A DNA stretch of 64,000 nt from an uncultured Thermoleophilia bacterium (GTDB lineage Bacteria > Actinomycetota > Thermoleophilia > UBA2241), in the NCBI GenBank assembly GCA_963709635.1, contig CAVPXA010000025.1, positions 26,686-90,685 of the forward strand, in the 5' to 3' direction. This document shows positions 41,039 through 51,442 of this stretch, piece by piece. Below the pieces are notes generated by a model that was not told the origin of the DNA, made no database searches, and was given only the letters and a program-made list of their open reading frames with translations. Every line of letters begins with the position of its first letter. Within the stretch, counting starts at the first letter, position 1. The translations under genes and the position numbers were made by a program.

Positions 41039-42555
41039 GCGCCCCTCTCCTTCTCCGGCTCGACCGGCTCACCGCCGGCCGTCAGTGTGATCACGAACCG
41101 GGCCCCGTGAGGCACCACGTCGGTCACCTCGATCGTCCCACCGTGCGCGAGCACGATCTCGCGCGCGATCGCGAGCCCCAGCCCGGTGCCGGACGGCCTC
41201 GCCTGTCCCTCGCTCCGCCCGCGGAAGAACTTCTCGAACACCGCCTCGTGTTCGTCGGCGGGGATGCCGGGTCCTTGGTCCTCGACCCAGAGCCGCACAC
41301 CCTCGTTCCAGCCGTGCGCGCCCACCGTCACCTCGCCGCCGGTGTAGAGCACCGCGTTCTCCAGCAGCGTCTGGATGACCCTCGCGAACTGCACGAAGTC
41401 GACGTCGACGACGATATCCTCGGGGATGTCCACGCGCACGCGCTCCTGCAGGTGGGCCGGCAGCGCGTCGATGCCGGCGAAGACGATCTCGCCCAGTCCG
41501 TAGAGCTCGTTGCGCGGCTCCCACGCGTGCGCCTCGAGCCGCGAGAGCTCGAGGAGCGCCGTGATGCTGGTGTTGAGGCGCGCCACGTCACCCACGATCG
41601 CCCGCAGTTCGTCGCGCACGCTCTTCTCGTCCCAGTCCACGTCGCTCTCCAGCAGGTTGCTCACGGTGGCGGTGAGGGCCGCCAGTGGGGTCTTGAGCTC
41701 GTGCGACACCGACGAGAGCAGGCTCGACTTGAGCTGGTCGGCCTCCTGTGCCGCCGCCGCCGTCGTGGCCGCCTGCTGCAGCCGCTCGCGCTCAAGGAAC
41801 GCGCCGACCATGTTGCCGAGTGACGCGACGAGGCGGGTGTCCGATGCCGCGTAGGGGCGTCCGTCGCGGCGTGCCTGCACGGTGAGCACGCCGGCGACGC
41901 TCGAGGGATTGCGCACCGGCACGTACAGTCCGCCATCCCCGGCGGCCGGCGCGGCGGTATCGTCGCCGGCGGCGAAGGCGCGCGCCGCGAGCTCGTCCAC
42001 GGACGCGTCCATCACGGCGCCTTCCGGAGCCTCGCGGTAGCTGGACAGGCGGCCGTCCTGCTCCACGTAGAGAGCCGCCGAGCGCGCGCCGAGCAGGTCG
42101 ACGATCTCGCGGAGGCAGGTCTCGGCCATCTGCTCGGTGGTCGTCTGGGAGACCACCGCCTCGCTCAGCCGGTTGAGCGCCGCGCTCTCCTGCTCGCGTG
42201 CTCGCGCGGCGGCCTCCCGGTCGCGCATGCGTCCGGCCAGCGCTCCGACAATGACGCCGACCACCAGGAACGCCGCCAGCGCGAGCCAGTCCTTGGGGTC
42301 GCGGATCTGCAGCGTGTGGTACGGCGGCAGGAAGAAGTAGTTCCAGGTGAAGAACGCAAGGACGGCGGCGAGCAGGGCCGGTCCCGGGCCGGCGGCGCTC
42401 GCCACGAGCAGGATCACCAGCAGGTAGAGGAGCGCCCACTGGCCCTTGGCGAAGATGTCGCGCCCGGGCAGGAACACCACGGTACTGAGGGTGATCGCGG
42501 CGAACGAAAGGAGGTACCCGTGGCGCGAGAACGCCTGCACGATGCGTGAACCCAC
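41035..42555 (-). CDS. kdpD: KdpD-type sensor histidine kinase, C-terminal half (TM, GAF, HisKA, HATPase)
   Basis: GGAGG lies 5 nt before the GTG at 42555 (VGSRIVQAFSRHGYLLSF). Four TM helices, a GAF-like region, H-box SHELKTPLAAL and an ATP-lid GTGLGLAIAREIV. Confidence 0.8.
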   Translation of the reverse strand: MGSRIVQAFSRHGYLLSFAAITLSTVVFLPGRDIFAKGQWALLYLLVILLVASAAGPGPALLAAVLAFFTWNYFFLPPYHTLQIRDPKDWLALAAFLVVGVIVGALAGRMRDREAAARAREQESAALNRLSEAVVSQTTTEQMAETCLREIVDLLGARSAALYVEQDGRLSSYREAPEGAVMDASVDELAARAFAAGDDTAAPAAGDGGLYVPVRNPSSVAGVLTVQARRDGRPYAASDTRLVASLGNMVGAFLERERLQQAATTAAAAQEADQLKSSLLSSVSHELKTPLAALTATVSNLLESDVDWDEKSVRDELRAIVGDVARLNTSITALLELSRLEAHAWEPRNELYGLGEIVFAGIDALPAHLQERVRVDIPEDIVVDVDFVQFARVIQTLLENAVLYTGGEVTVGAHGWNEGVRLWVEDQGPGIPADEHEAVFEKFFRGRSEGQARPSGTGLGLAIAREIVLAHGGTIEVTDVVPHGARFVITLTAGGEPVEPEKERGA

Positions 42556-42650
42556 TGTCACCTCCAGTTGCCGGACCGCTGCCGATTGTAGCCCCGGCGG
42601 GCGAGGGCGGCGGCCGTGGGCTTCGCCGCGGCCTCCGCCGGCCCACGCCG

Positions 42651-43623
42651 TCAACCGGCGACGAGGCCCTTCTCGTAGACGAAGGTGGATCCGCGCAGCG
42701 AGCGGAACCCCGCCGACTCGTACAGGTGCATCGCTCCGGTGGGGTTCTGCGAGTCCACGCCGAGGTAGGCCAGCGGCAGGCCCCGCCGGTGCAGCTCGGC
42801 GCACGCCTGCAGCAGGAGCGCGCGTCCGAGACCGCGGCCGCGCCACGGGCGGCGCACGAAGAGCTCGTCGACGTAGCCGCCCACGGGCGTCTCGAAGCTG
42901 AGGACCCCGCCGGCCACCTCGTCGCCGTCCCAGGCGACGAACCAGAGGCCGAAATCGAGGTCGTCACGCGAGAAGCGGAACTCGGTCCACTCCTGGAGGT
43001 CCATCTCGGCCGGCCGGAAGTGATCACGGAACGCCTCTTCTCCGGCCGCGTGCACGGGAGCCTCGTCGCGGCCGGTGCGGAAGCCCCGGACGGTGATGCC
43101 GGCCGGCCAGACGGGATCCTCCACGGCCGGTCCCAGGTCGCGGTCGAGCCGCAGGAACGTGCGTACGCGCTCGTAGCCGCGGCGCTCGAAGAGCTCGATG
43201 CGCCGCGCGTCGCTCTCGTGGGACCACACGCCCAGGCTGCCGTCGCGGTCCGGGGCCGCGGCGCGGAACAGCTCCGCCGCGCGCGCTCTCCCCGAGGTCC
43301 AGCAGCAGCTCGCTCAGCCCGCGGCCGCGCAGGGCGGGGTCGACGACCTGCTCGGCGACGATGTCGCCGGGCGGGGCCTCGACCCAGCAGAAGCCGTAGG
43401 CGGCGAGGCCGCGGTCGTCCTCGACCAGCCACGCGTCCCGCTCGAGGTCCAGCCGCGGCAGCGCCCACTCCTCGCGCACCAGGTCCACGGTCTCGTCTGA
43501 GTCGCCGTGGCGGGCGACCTCCACGGCGCGCTTGAGCTCGGCGACGGCGCCGGCGTCCGCCTCTGCGGGCCGGCGCAGCCGGAAGCCGTCGGGTATGCGA
43601 AGATGTCGGTCGGTCGTATCCAT
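42651..43623 (-). CDS. tandem-GNAT acetyltransferase (MshD/mycothiol-synthase-like; one frameshift near 43270)
   Basis: N-terminal GNAT in ORF 43024..43623 and C-terminal GNAT in ORF 42651..43229 (LGVDSQNPTGAMHLYESAGF). Confidence 0.6.
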
Positions 43624-43730
43624 CGGTCGGCAGGGTCCGGCCCTGATTGTATGCCCGCCGCGAACGCAGACCGAGGCACCGGCGTCTCCCCTGCGACGAC
43701 GGCTCCGCTCACGGCGTTGGAGGTGTGCTC

Positions 43731-44139
43731 ATGAGACCCACCGGCAGCATGCTCGTGGCTCTGACCGCGTTCCTCGTGCTGGGGGCGGCCGTCGTCGGCG
43801 GGTGCGGTGGCTCGACCGCTCAGCCGGCTTCGTCGGCCACCGCCCCGCCGTCCACTCCCGCCGACATCACCGGCACCATCCACGACCTCGCCACGAACGC
43901 CGACACGGGCCTCCCGACCCTGCTCGTCGTCGACGACGGCGCGATCAAGGGGTCGGTGGACCGCGCCAGCGTCACCGTCACCGCCGACACCGTCGTTTGG
44001 CAGCTCAAGGGCGGCGAGGGAACGGCCGCCGACCTCGGCGCCGGCCAGATGGTCTCCGTGTGGTTCGACGGCCCGGTCGCGGAGTCGTACCCGGTACAGG
44101 CCAAGGCCGGAGTCGATCAGGATCCAGCTCGAGGACTGA
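43731..44139 (+). CDS. small lipoprotein (DUF3221-like; frameshift near 44110)
   Basis: GGAGGTG RBS. Signal peptide with lipobox (VVGGCGGS). The C-terminal ...IRIQLED stop is reached only in a second frame. Confidence 0.5.
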
Positions 44140-44177
44140 GCGGCTGCGGGCGTCGGCCCCGGGCCCCGCCGCGGGCC

Positions 44178-45278
44178 TCAGCCCGTGTGCATGAAGTTGA
44201 TGACGTCGCCGTCCTGGACGACGTACTCCTTGCCCTCGGTGCGCAGCAGCGCCTTCTCTCGCGCGGCGTGGAACGACTTCAGTTCGATGAGGTCGTCGAT
44301 GTTGACGACCTGGGCGCGCACGAACCCGTGCTCGATGTCGCTGTGGATGCGGCCCGCGGCCTGCTTGGCGGTCCAGCCGCGGGGCAGCTGCCAGGCGCGC
44401 GACTCGCTGCTGCGGAAGTCGCCGGTGAAGAAGGTGATGTAGCCGAGCACTTCGTAAGCGGCGCGCAGGACGACGTCGAGCGTGCCGGCGTCGTCGGCCC
44501 CGAGCTCGGCGCGGAACTCGGCCGCCTCTTCGGGCTCGAGGTCGGCGAGCTCGGCCTCGAGGCGCGCGGCGACGGCGACCACCTGGTCGCCCCGGCCGCT
44601 CGCCCACTCCACGAAGTCCGCGTGCTGCTCCAGCGCGGCCTCGGCGCTCTGGTCGTCGTCGGTGTTCAGGACGAACAGCACGGGCCGGTCGCTCACGAGC
44701 GCGAGCTCGCGGAACAGGGCCTCGTCGCCGGCCGCGCGCTCGATGCGCTTCGCCAGCTTGCCGTCGAGCAGTTCGGCGTTCAGCGCCTCGAGGACCTCGA
44801 GCTCGCGCTTCGCCGCCTTGTCGCCGCTGCGCGCCGTCTTGCGCGTCTTGTCCAGGCGGCGCTCCACCAGCTCGATGTCGCTGAGCACGAGCTCTGTCTC
44901 CACGAGGTCCACGTCCGCGCGCGGGTCAAGGGTGGGGCGGACGTGCGCGACCTCGGGGTTCTCGAAGGCGCGGATCACATGCGCTACCGCGTCGACGCCG
45001 CGGATGTCGGCGAGGAACCGGTTGCCGAGTCCCTCGCCGCGGCTTGCTCCCTCGGCCAGACCGGCGATGTCGACCAGGTCGATGGTGGCGTTGACCTTCT
45101 TCGGCGTCTCGAGGACCTCGTCCAGCCTGTCGAGCCGTGGGTCCGGCACGGCGACCACGCCGAGGTTGGACTCGGCCGAGGTGAACGCGTACGCGGTGGC
45201 CGCGGCCTGCGCGTGCGTGAGCGCGTTGAACAGGGTGGTCTTGCCGACGTTGGGCAGACCGACGATGCCGAGCTTCAC
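44178..45278 (-). CDS. ychF: redox-regulated ribosome-binding ATPase YchF
   Basis: The GTG start overlaps the M28 peptidase stop as GTGA. Motifs GIVGLPNVGKTTLFNAL and a TGS-like C-terminal domain. Confidence 0.9.
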   Translation of the reverse strand: MKLGIVGLPNVGKTTLFNALTHAQAAATAYAFTSAESNLGVVAVPDPRLDRLDEVLETPKKVNATIDLVDIAGLAEGASRGEGLGNRFLADIRGVDAVAHVIRAFENPEVAHVRPTLDPRADVDLVETELVLSDIELVERRLDKTRKTARSGDKAAKRELEVLEALNAELLDGKLAKRIERAAGDEALFRELALVSDRPVLFVLNTDDDQSAEAALEQHADFVEWASGRGDQVVAVAARLEAELADLEPEEAAEFRAELGADDAGTLDVVLRAAYEVLGYITFFTGDFRSSESRAWQLPRGWTAKQAAGRIHSDIEHGFVRAQVVNIDDLIELKSFHAAREKALLRTEGKEYVVQDGDVINFMHTG

Positions 45279-46288
45279 GGGGTCCTCTTCAGTTTGCTGG
45301 TGAGCAGGGTCTCGAGCAGGCGGGACATGTCCCGGAGCTGGTCCCGGACCCGCCCGGGGAACTTCTCGTCGACGTAGGCGACGGTGTCCCGGGGAGTATT
45401 CCACATGGACGGGACGGACGCGGTCTGGGCCAGCTTGCGCCCCTTGCTCGCCTCCCAGCTGACGGCGCTGAACACGGCCGTGGGGATGTCGGCGTTGGCG
45501 AACGGGAGGTCGTCGGACGGCGCCCACACGACTCCCGCCGGCCGCCCCGGCGCCTCAGGGCTGGTGACCAGCGGCACGCCGAGCATGTCGGCTGCGCTCA
45601 GGGCGTCGTCGCGCAGCCAGGTGGCGCCGCCGAACCGGCTCGCCACGGAGAGCTCGTCGCCGCCGGCCGGCGCGTCGAGGTCGATCATGCCGATCGTGGC
45701 GCCTCGCTCCACGTCGCCCAGAGAGGCCAGGTAGTGGCGGGACCCCAGCTGCCCCTCCTCCTCGGCGCCGAACGCGACGAAGACGACGGTGTACGGGGTG
45801 GGCACCTTCTTGATGCGCGCCGCGACCTCGAGCAGCAGCCCGATGCCGGTGGCGTTGTCGGTGTAGCCCTCGCCGACGGGGGCCGAGTCGTAGTGCGCCC
45901 CGACGATGAGGCGCTTGGCCGTCTCGCCCTGCTTGACGGCGATGATGTTGCCGGAGTGGATGCGGCGGCCGCTCGACGTGGTGATGAACTCCTGCAGCAG
46001 CGGGAAGTAGCCGTACTGCTGGAGCGCGCTGGTGATGAACTCACGCGCGTGGATCTCGCCCCACGAGTCGGCGGGGCGCTGCCCGACGCTCCGGGCCAGC
46101 ACCTTGGCTGTGGCGTTGGCGACGCCGCCGTAGGGGGAGCTGGACACGGCGGCCGACGGCCTCCCCTCCTCCTCGCCGCCGCCGCCCCAGCCGTCGAACG
46201 CGCCGGCGGCGGCGAGCCCGATGACGATCACGAGGATCGCCGCCACGGCCACCGCCAGCTTGCCCCCGCGTGTGCTCAGCGCGCCCAC
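45275..46288 (-). CDS. M28-family aminopeptidase, membrane-anchored
   Basis: N-terminal TM segment. Zn-ligand blocks (GAHYDS, NATGIGLLLE, FGAEEEG). The GTG at 46288 overlaps the PAP2 stop as GTGA. Confidence 0.8.
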   Translation of the reverse strand: MGALSTRGGKLAVAVAAILVIVIGLAAAGAFDGWGGGGEEEGRPSAAVSSSPYGGVANATAKVLARSVGQRPADSWGEIHAREFITSALQQYGYFPLLQEFITTSSGRRIHSGNIIAVKQGETAKRLIVGAHYDSAPVGEGYTDNATGIGLLLEVAARIKKVPTPYTVVFVAFGAEEEGQLGSRHYLASLGDVERGATIGMIDLDAPAGGDELSVASRFGGATWLRDDALSAADMLGVPLVTSPEAPGRPAGVVWAPSDDLPFANADIPTAVFSAVSWEASKGRKLAQTASVPSMWNTPRDTVAYVDEKFPGRVRDQLRDMSRLLETLLTSKLKRTP

Positions 46289-46289
46289 G

Positions 46290-46877
46290 TCACACCGGCG
46301 CCGGGACGAGGAGGACCCAGGCGGCCCCCCAGATGAGTCCGTACACCACGCCGCCGAGGACGTCGCCGAGGTAGTGCACGCCGAGGTACACGCGGCTGAA
46401 CATGAGCACCAGCGACAGCACGACGAGGGCGGGGATCCACTGAGGGTACAGCATGCCGAGCGTGAACGTTCCGACCACCGCCATGCTGGCGTGCGACGAC
46501 GGGAACGACTTGCTCAGCGGCAGCGGGATCTGCTCCGGCTGCGAGGGGTCGGCGACGGGCGGCCGCGCGCGGCCGACGAAGTGCTTGATCACGAATCCGG
46601 TCATCTCCACCAGTGTGACCGGCACCGCCACGTACAACGCCTTCCACAGCGGGTCGGCGGCGCCGAAGAGCCAAGGGACCAGACAGAGGACGTACCAGAG
46701 CACACCGTAGTTCGCGGAGAGTGAGAGGCCGCCCAGCGGCACGGTGAACCAGCGCGGGTGCGGCCAGCCCATGGCGAGGCGCCGCGAGACGGCCCGGTCG
46801 AGCCTGTCGAGGCGGCGGGCAGGGACGGTCGGAGCGGCCCCAGCGGGGCCGTAGTCGGGGGGAATCGCCATGGGCAT
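46290..46877 (-). CDS. PAP2-superfamily phosphatase (undecaprenyl-diphosphatase-like)
   Basis: PAP2 motifs present (KxxxxxxRP, PSSH, SRVYLGVHYLGD). Confidence 0.8.
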   Translation of the reverse strand: MPMAIPPDYGPAGAAPTVPARRLDRLDRAVSRRLAMGWPHPRWFTVPLGGLSLSANYGVLWYVLCLVPWLFGAADPLWKALYVAVPVTLVEMTGFVIKHFVGRARPPVADPSQPEQIPLPLSKSFPSSHASMAVVGTFTLGMLYPQWIPALVVLSLVLMFSRVYLGVHYLGDVLGGVVYGLIWGAAWVLLVPAPV

Positions 46878-46928
46878 CTAGTATACTTGCCGCCTGCTTC
46901 CGCCCACCTTCTCCCAGGGACGTCCCCG

Positions 46929-47204
46929 ATGCGCACAACCGTCATCGTCACGGCTCTCGGCCCCGACAGCCACGGGCTGCTCGCGCAGGTCGCGACCACC
47001 ATCGCCGAGCAGGACGCCAACGTCGACGACGTCAGCCAGACGGTCGCCAACGGGATGTTCACGATGATCATGTTCGTCTCGTTCGACCAGGGGGAGACCA
47101 CCATCGCCGCCCTCAAGGACGCGCTGGAGGCGACCGGCGACCGCATCGGGCTGCAGATCAGCGTGCAGCACGAGAACATCTTCAAGTTCATGCACCGGAT
47201 CTAG
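46929..47204 (+). CDS. ACT-domain protein, UPF0237 family
   Basis: 91-aa ORF MRTTVIVTALGPDSHGLLAQVATTIAEQDANV. Conserved partner of UPF0210. Confidence 0.8.
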   Translation: MRTTVIVTALGPDSHGLLAQVATTIAEQDANVDDVSQTVANGMFTMIMFVSFDQGETTIAALKDALEATGDRIGLQISVQHENIFKFMHRI

Positions 47205-47214
47205 AGGCGCGGCC

Positions 47215-48579
47215 GTGGTCTTCATCACCTCCCAGGAGATCCTCGAGACCGTCAGCATGATCCGGTCCGAGAACCTCGACGTCCGGGCCGTCACCATGGG
47301 CATCTCGCTCGACGACTGTGCCGCCGGTGAGCCGCGCCGCACGGCGGAGCGCATCCACGCCAAGATCGTGCGCCGCGCCGGCAAGCTGGTCGAGGTCGCC
47401 GCGGAGCTGCAGGAGAAGTACGGCGTGCCGATCGTGAACCGGCGAGTCTCGGTGACGCCGATCGCCAACGTCGTCGGCAGCGACGACCCGAGCGCGTACG
47501 TGGAGGTCGCGCACGCGCTGGACGCGGCCGCCGACGAGATCGGCATCGACTTCCTCGGCGGCTTCAGCGCGCTCGTCCAGAAGGGCTTCACGCGCAGCGA
47601 CACCGCGCTCATCGAGGCGATCCCCGACGCCATCGGCGGCACCGGGCGCGTGTGCTCGTCGGTCAACGTGGCCTCCACGCGCGCCGGCATCAACATGGAC
47701 GCGGTGCTGCGCATGGCCGACGTGCTCCTCGCCGTCAGCAAGCGGACGGCCGAGCAGGACTCCATCGGCTGCGCCAAGATCGTCATCTTCTGCAACGCGC
47801 CGGAGGACAATCCCTTCATGGCCGGCGCGATGCACGGCAGCGGCGAGGCCGAGGCGAGCATCAACGTCGCCATCTCCGGCCCCGGCGTGGTGCGCAACGT
47901 CGTCGCCGCCAACCCGGACGCCTCGTTCATCGAGCTCGCCGACCTCATCAAGCGCACGACGTTCAAGATCACGCGCGTCGGCGAGCTCATCGCCCAGGAG
48001 GCGTCGCAGATGCTGGGCGCCGAGCTCGGCATCATCGACCTCTCTCTCGCCCCCACGCCGGCGGTGGGCGACTCCATCGCCGAGATCCTCGAGAGCATGG
48101 GCCTCGAGTCGGTCGGGGCGCCCGGCACCACTGCCGCGCTGGCGATGCTGAACGACGCCGTCAAGAAGGGCGGCACCATGGCGACCTCCTCCACCGGCGG
48201 CCTCTCCGGCGCCTTCATCCCGGTGAGCGAGGACAAGGCCATGGCCAGGGCCGCCGCCGACGGCAACCTGCCCATCGAGAAGCTCGAGGCCATGACCGCC
48301 GTGTGCTCGCTCGGCCTCGACATGATCGTCGTCCCCGGCGACATCACGCGCGACGCCCTGGCCGGCACCGTCGCCGACGTCATGGCCATCGGCATGATCA
48401 ACTCCAAGACCACCGGCGCGCGGCTCATCCCGGCGGCCGGCAAGCAGCTCGGGGATTGGGTCACGCTGGGCGGGCTGTTCGGAGAGGGGCCGGTGATGAA
48501 GGTCAGCACCGCCGGCAACAGCGCGTTCGTGCGTCGCGGTGGGCGGATTCCGCCGCCTCTTCAGAGTCTGACGAACTAG
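47215..48579 (+). CDS. UPF0210 (DUF711) family protein
   Basis: 454-aa ORF with the family N-terminus EILETVSMIRSENLDVRAVTMGISL. Confidence 0.85.
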   Translation: MVFITSQEILETVSMIRSENLDVRAVTMGISLDDCAAGEPRRTAERIHAKIVRRAGKLVEVAAELQEKYGVPIVNRRVSVTPIANVVGSDDPSAYVEVAHALDAAADEIGIDFLGGFSALVQKGFTRSDTALIEAIPDAIGGTGRVCSSVNVASTRAGINMDAVLRMADVLLAVSKRTAEQDSIGCAKIVIFCNAPEDNPFMAGAMHGSGEAEASINVAISGPGVVRNVVAANPDASFIELADLIKRTTFKITRVGELIAQEASQMLGAELGIIDLSLAPTPAVGDSIAEILESMGLESVGAPGTTAALAMLNDAVKKGGTMATSSTGGLSGAFIPVSEDKAMARAAADGNLPIEKLEAMTAVCSLGLDMIVVPGDITRDALAGTVADVMAIGMINSKTTGARLIPAAGKQLGDWVTLGGLFGEGPVMKVSTAGNSAFVRRGGRIPPPLQSLTN

Positions 48580-48586
48580 CCACCGG

Positions 48587-49428
48587 CTAGTTCTCCTGGC
48601 GGATCTCCTCCATCATCGCCCGGATGCGCTTGGCCGACTCGGTCATGCCGAGCGCCCGGGAGACCTTCTCGGCCTCCGTGAGCTGCAGCACGGCGTCGAT
48701 GGTCTGGCCGCGCCGGCGGAAGTCCGCCGCCTGGTCGATCTCGAACGTCACCAGCTCCGTGAGCATGCGGCGCACGTCGGGGTCCTGCAGGTCGACCATC
48801 TTGCCGCTGGTGGTGACGATGATGTCCGAGAGCGGGACCATACGGCTCTCGTTCTCTCCCTCGGGGGCCTGGGGCTCCTCTGCCGGCGGCGGCGGTGTCC
48901 CCGGCCTGTCGTCCCTCGTCTGCCCCGGCGCCGGTACGAAGCTCGCCGGTGGTCTCCGCGTCGAGTAGCAGCTCGCCGGTGATCTCGGCCTCGTCGGTGC
49001 GCAGCTCGCCGGTGATCTCGGCCTCGTCGGTGCGCAGCTCGCCGGTCGTCTCCGGGTCGTCGCCCCACGAGGGCGCCGCCAACGGCTCGGGCTCCAGCCC
49101 CCGCACACTGAGATCCGGACCCCAGTCGAGCCCGAGGCCGCCGGGTTGTGGCTGCCTCGCCTGCTGCGCACCGGCGGCAGCGGCGGCTTGCTCGGCGGCG
49201 AGCGCGCGCTCGTAGGCGGGGTCGATGGTGATGTCCTCCACGTCCTGCTCGGGCTTGCCCAGCACGGAGAAGGTGTCCTGCGGCGCCTGGTCGAGGAAGG
49301 ACGGCTGCGGGCGCGCCTCGTCCTGGTCGTCATCCCTGCCGCGGTCGGCGGGTGACGATCAGCGCGAGGATGAGCAGCAGCACCGCCGCGCCTGCGACGG
49401 AGACGCCGATGATCTGCACGGTTGTCAT
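48587..49428 (-). CDS. membrane-anchored protein with acidic tandem repeats and a conserved C-terminal domain (two frame changes)
   Basis: GAAGGAG RBS precedes the ATG at 49428 (MTTVQIIGVSVAGAAVLLLILALIVT). A GGG run creates a false TGA at 49352. Three copies of TGELRTDEAEI. C-terminus MVPLSDIIVTTSGKMVDLQDPDVRRMLTELVTFEIDQAADFRRRGQTIDAVL. Confidence 0.5.
48938..49062. repeat. 33-bp tandem repeat, about 3.5 copies (gcagctcgccggtgatctcggcctcgtcggtgc)
   Basis: Two perfect copies at 48968-49033, flanked by degenerate copies. Confidence 0.7.
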
Positions 49429-49482
49429 GGTCGCTCCTTCGCGTTCCCCCTCATCATTCCCTGCCCGGCATAGAATGGCCCT

Positions 49483-50512
49483 GTGCTCGAACCCGACGTC
49501 ATCGCCGCCGCACTGGCGGAACTGGGGGAGCCCGCGTACCGCGCCCGCCAGGTCTACGAGGCGCTCACCCGCGGGCTCGTCGCCGACTTCGCCACCATGA
49601 CCACGCTCCCGCTCGCCTTGCGGGAGGAGCTGGCCGGGCGGCTCTCGCCGCTCGCCCTGACCGAGGTCGAGACGCGCGCCGCGCCGCGTGGCACGGCGCG
49701 CAAGACGCTCTTCCAGACCGCGGACGGCCACCCGGTCGAGGCTGTGCTCATGCTGGTGGCCGGGCGCGCCACGGTCTGCGTCTCCACCCAGGTCGGGTGC
49801 GCCGTGGGCTGCTCGTTCTGCGCCTCGGGGCGTCTGGGCCTGCGCCGTGACCTCACGGCCGAGGAGATGGTCGACCAGGTGCTGCACTTCGCCCGCGTGC
49901 TGCGCGGCGAGGCCGCCGAGCGGCGCGTGACCAACGTCGTCTTCATGGGCATGGGCGAGCCGTTCCACAACTACGACCAGACGCTGCGCGCCTGCCGGCT
50001 CCTCAACGACCCTGCGGGGTTCGGGCTCGCGGCGCGCGGCATCTCGGTGTCCACCGTCGGAGTGGTGCCCGGCATCGACCGGTTCGCCGCGGAGCCGCTG
50101 CAGCTCAACCTGGCCGTCAGCCTGCACGCGGCGACGGACGAGCTCCGCGACCGGCTCGTGCCGCTCAACAGGACGTTCCCGCTGGAGGCGGTGTTCGCCG
50201 CGTGCGAGCGGTACGTCAAGGCCACGCGGCGCAAGCTGCTCTTCGAGTACGTCGTGCTGCGCGGCGTCAACGACACGCCGGCGCAGGTGGTGGCGCTGGC
50301 GCAGCGCCTGCGCCGCCCGCTCTACCACCTCAACCTGATCGCCTACAACGAGACCGGCGGCGCGTTCTCGCGGCCGGCCCCCGGCGAAGATCGAGGCGCT
50401 GCACGCTCGCCTGGAGCGCGCCGGGGTGAGCGTGACGGTGCGCAACTCCCCCGGCGGCGACATCGAGGCCGCCTGCGGCCAGCTCGCCCTGCGGCACGAC
50501 CGCGGCGGCTGA
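49483..50512 (+). CDS. rlmN: 23S rRNA m2A2503 methyltransferase RlmN (radical SAM; frameshift near 50375)
   Basis: CxxxCxxC radical-SAM motif (GCAVGCSFCASG). The C-terminal block KIEALHARLERAGVSVTVRNSPGGDIEAACGQLA is in a second frame ending at TGA 50510-50512. Confidence 0.85.
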
Positions 50513-50518
50513 GGCGGG

Positions 50519-51442
50519 TCAGGCCGGCGGCAGTGCGGCCCGGTACTCCCCGGCGGCCACGACGGGGTCCTTGACGACCACGGCGATGTCGCTGCCGAGC
50601 TCGAAGCCGGCGAGCGTCGAAGTGCGCGGGGCGATCTCGAGGTGCCAGTGGAACGGGCCGCGCAGGTCGGCCGGCGCCGTGTGCAGCCAGAAGTTCAGCG
50701 GCGCGCCGGTCAGCGACGCCTTGACGGCCACGAGGGCGCGGCGCAGCGCCGGTGCGACTGCGGCGAGGTCCGCCTCGCGGAAGTCCGCCTGGTGGTCGGC
50801 CGGCGCGAGCCACAGCTCTCCGTTGAACCTGCTCGCCTCGGGCACCCAGGCGCGGACGGGGCCGTCCAGCACCAGGCGCTCGCCGGCGGTCTCGAGCTGC
50901 TCGCAGACGACGCACATGCCGTAGCGGTTGCGGTGCCGCTCGGCCTCGAGGAGCTCGTCGAGCAGGAGCGGCGGCACGACGGGCGTGGCGAACAGCTGCT
51001 CGTGCGGGTGCTCCAGGGAGGCGCCCGAGCCGGGACCGACGTTGCCGATGAGGGTGACCGCGGCGGCGCCGCCGGCGAGCTGCGCGTCGATCCTGCGACG
51101 CCACACCGCGAGGACGTCCGCCAGACGCTCGTCACCCAGGTCCTCGAGCTCCTCGCCGTGGTCCGGCGAGTGCACGATGACCTCGTGCCGGCCCTCGAGC
51201 GCCGGGTACTTGTTGGGGACGACGCGGACGGTCCAGCCGGGGCCGTCTCTCTCGCCGCCGGCGGGACGCTCCGCGTCCACCTCCGGCGGCGTGAGCGGCT
51301 CGTTGCCGGCGCAGAACGGGCAGGGCGGCGCGGCCGTGGCTCGCCCCGCCGCGTCTGCCGGGCGGGTGGCGCGCGCCGGGGCCACGATGGCGAGCCTGCC
51401 GTTGACCGGGTTGCGGCGCAGCTCGCCGCCACCCGGCGTCAC
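50519..51442 (-). CDS. galactose-1-phosphate uridylyltransferase-like HIT-family protein
   Basis: GTG at 51442 in frame with ORF 50519..51517. Zn-knuckle CPFCAGNE and the histidine triad region HPHEQL. Confidence 0.75.
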   Translation of the reverse strand: MTPGGGELRRNPVNGRLAIVAPARATRPADAAGRATAAPPCPFCAGNEPLTPPEVDAERPAGGERDGPGWTVRVVPNKYPALEGRHEVIVHSPDHGEELEDLGDERLADVLAVWRRRIDAQLAGGAAAVTLIGNVGPGSGASLEHPHEQLFATPVVPPLLLDELLEAERHRNRYGMCVVCEQLETAGERLVLDGPVRAWVPEASRFNGELWLAPADHQADFREADLAAVAPALRRALVAVKASLTGAPLNFWLHTAPADLRGPFHWHLEIAPRTSTLAGFELGSDIAVVVKDPVVAAGEYRAALPPA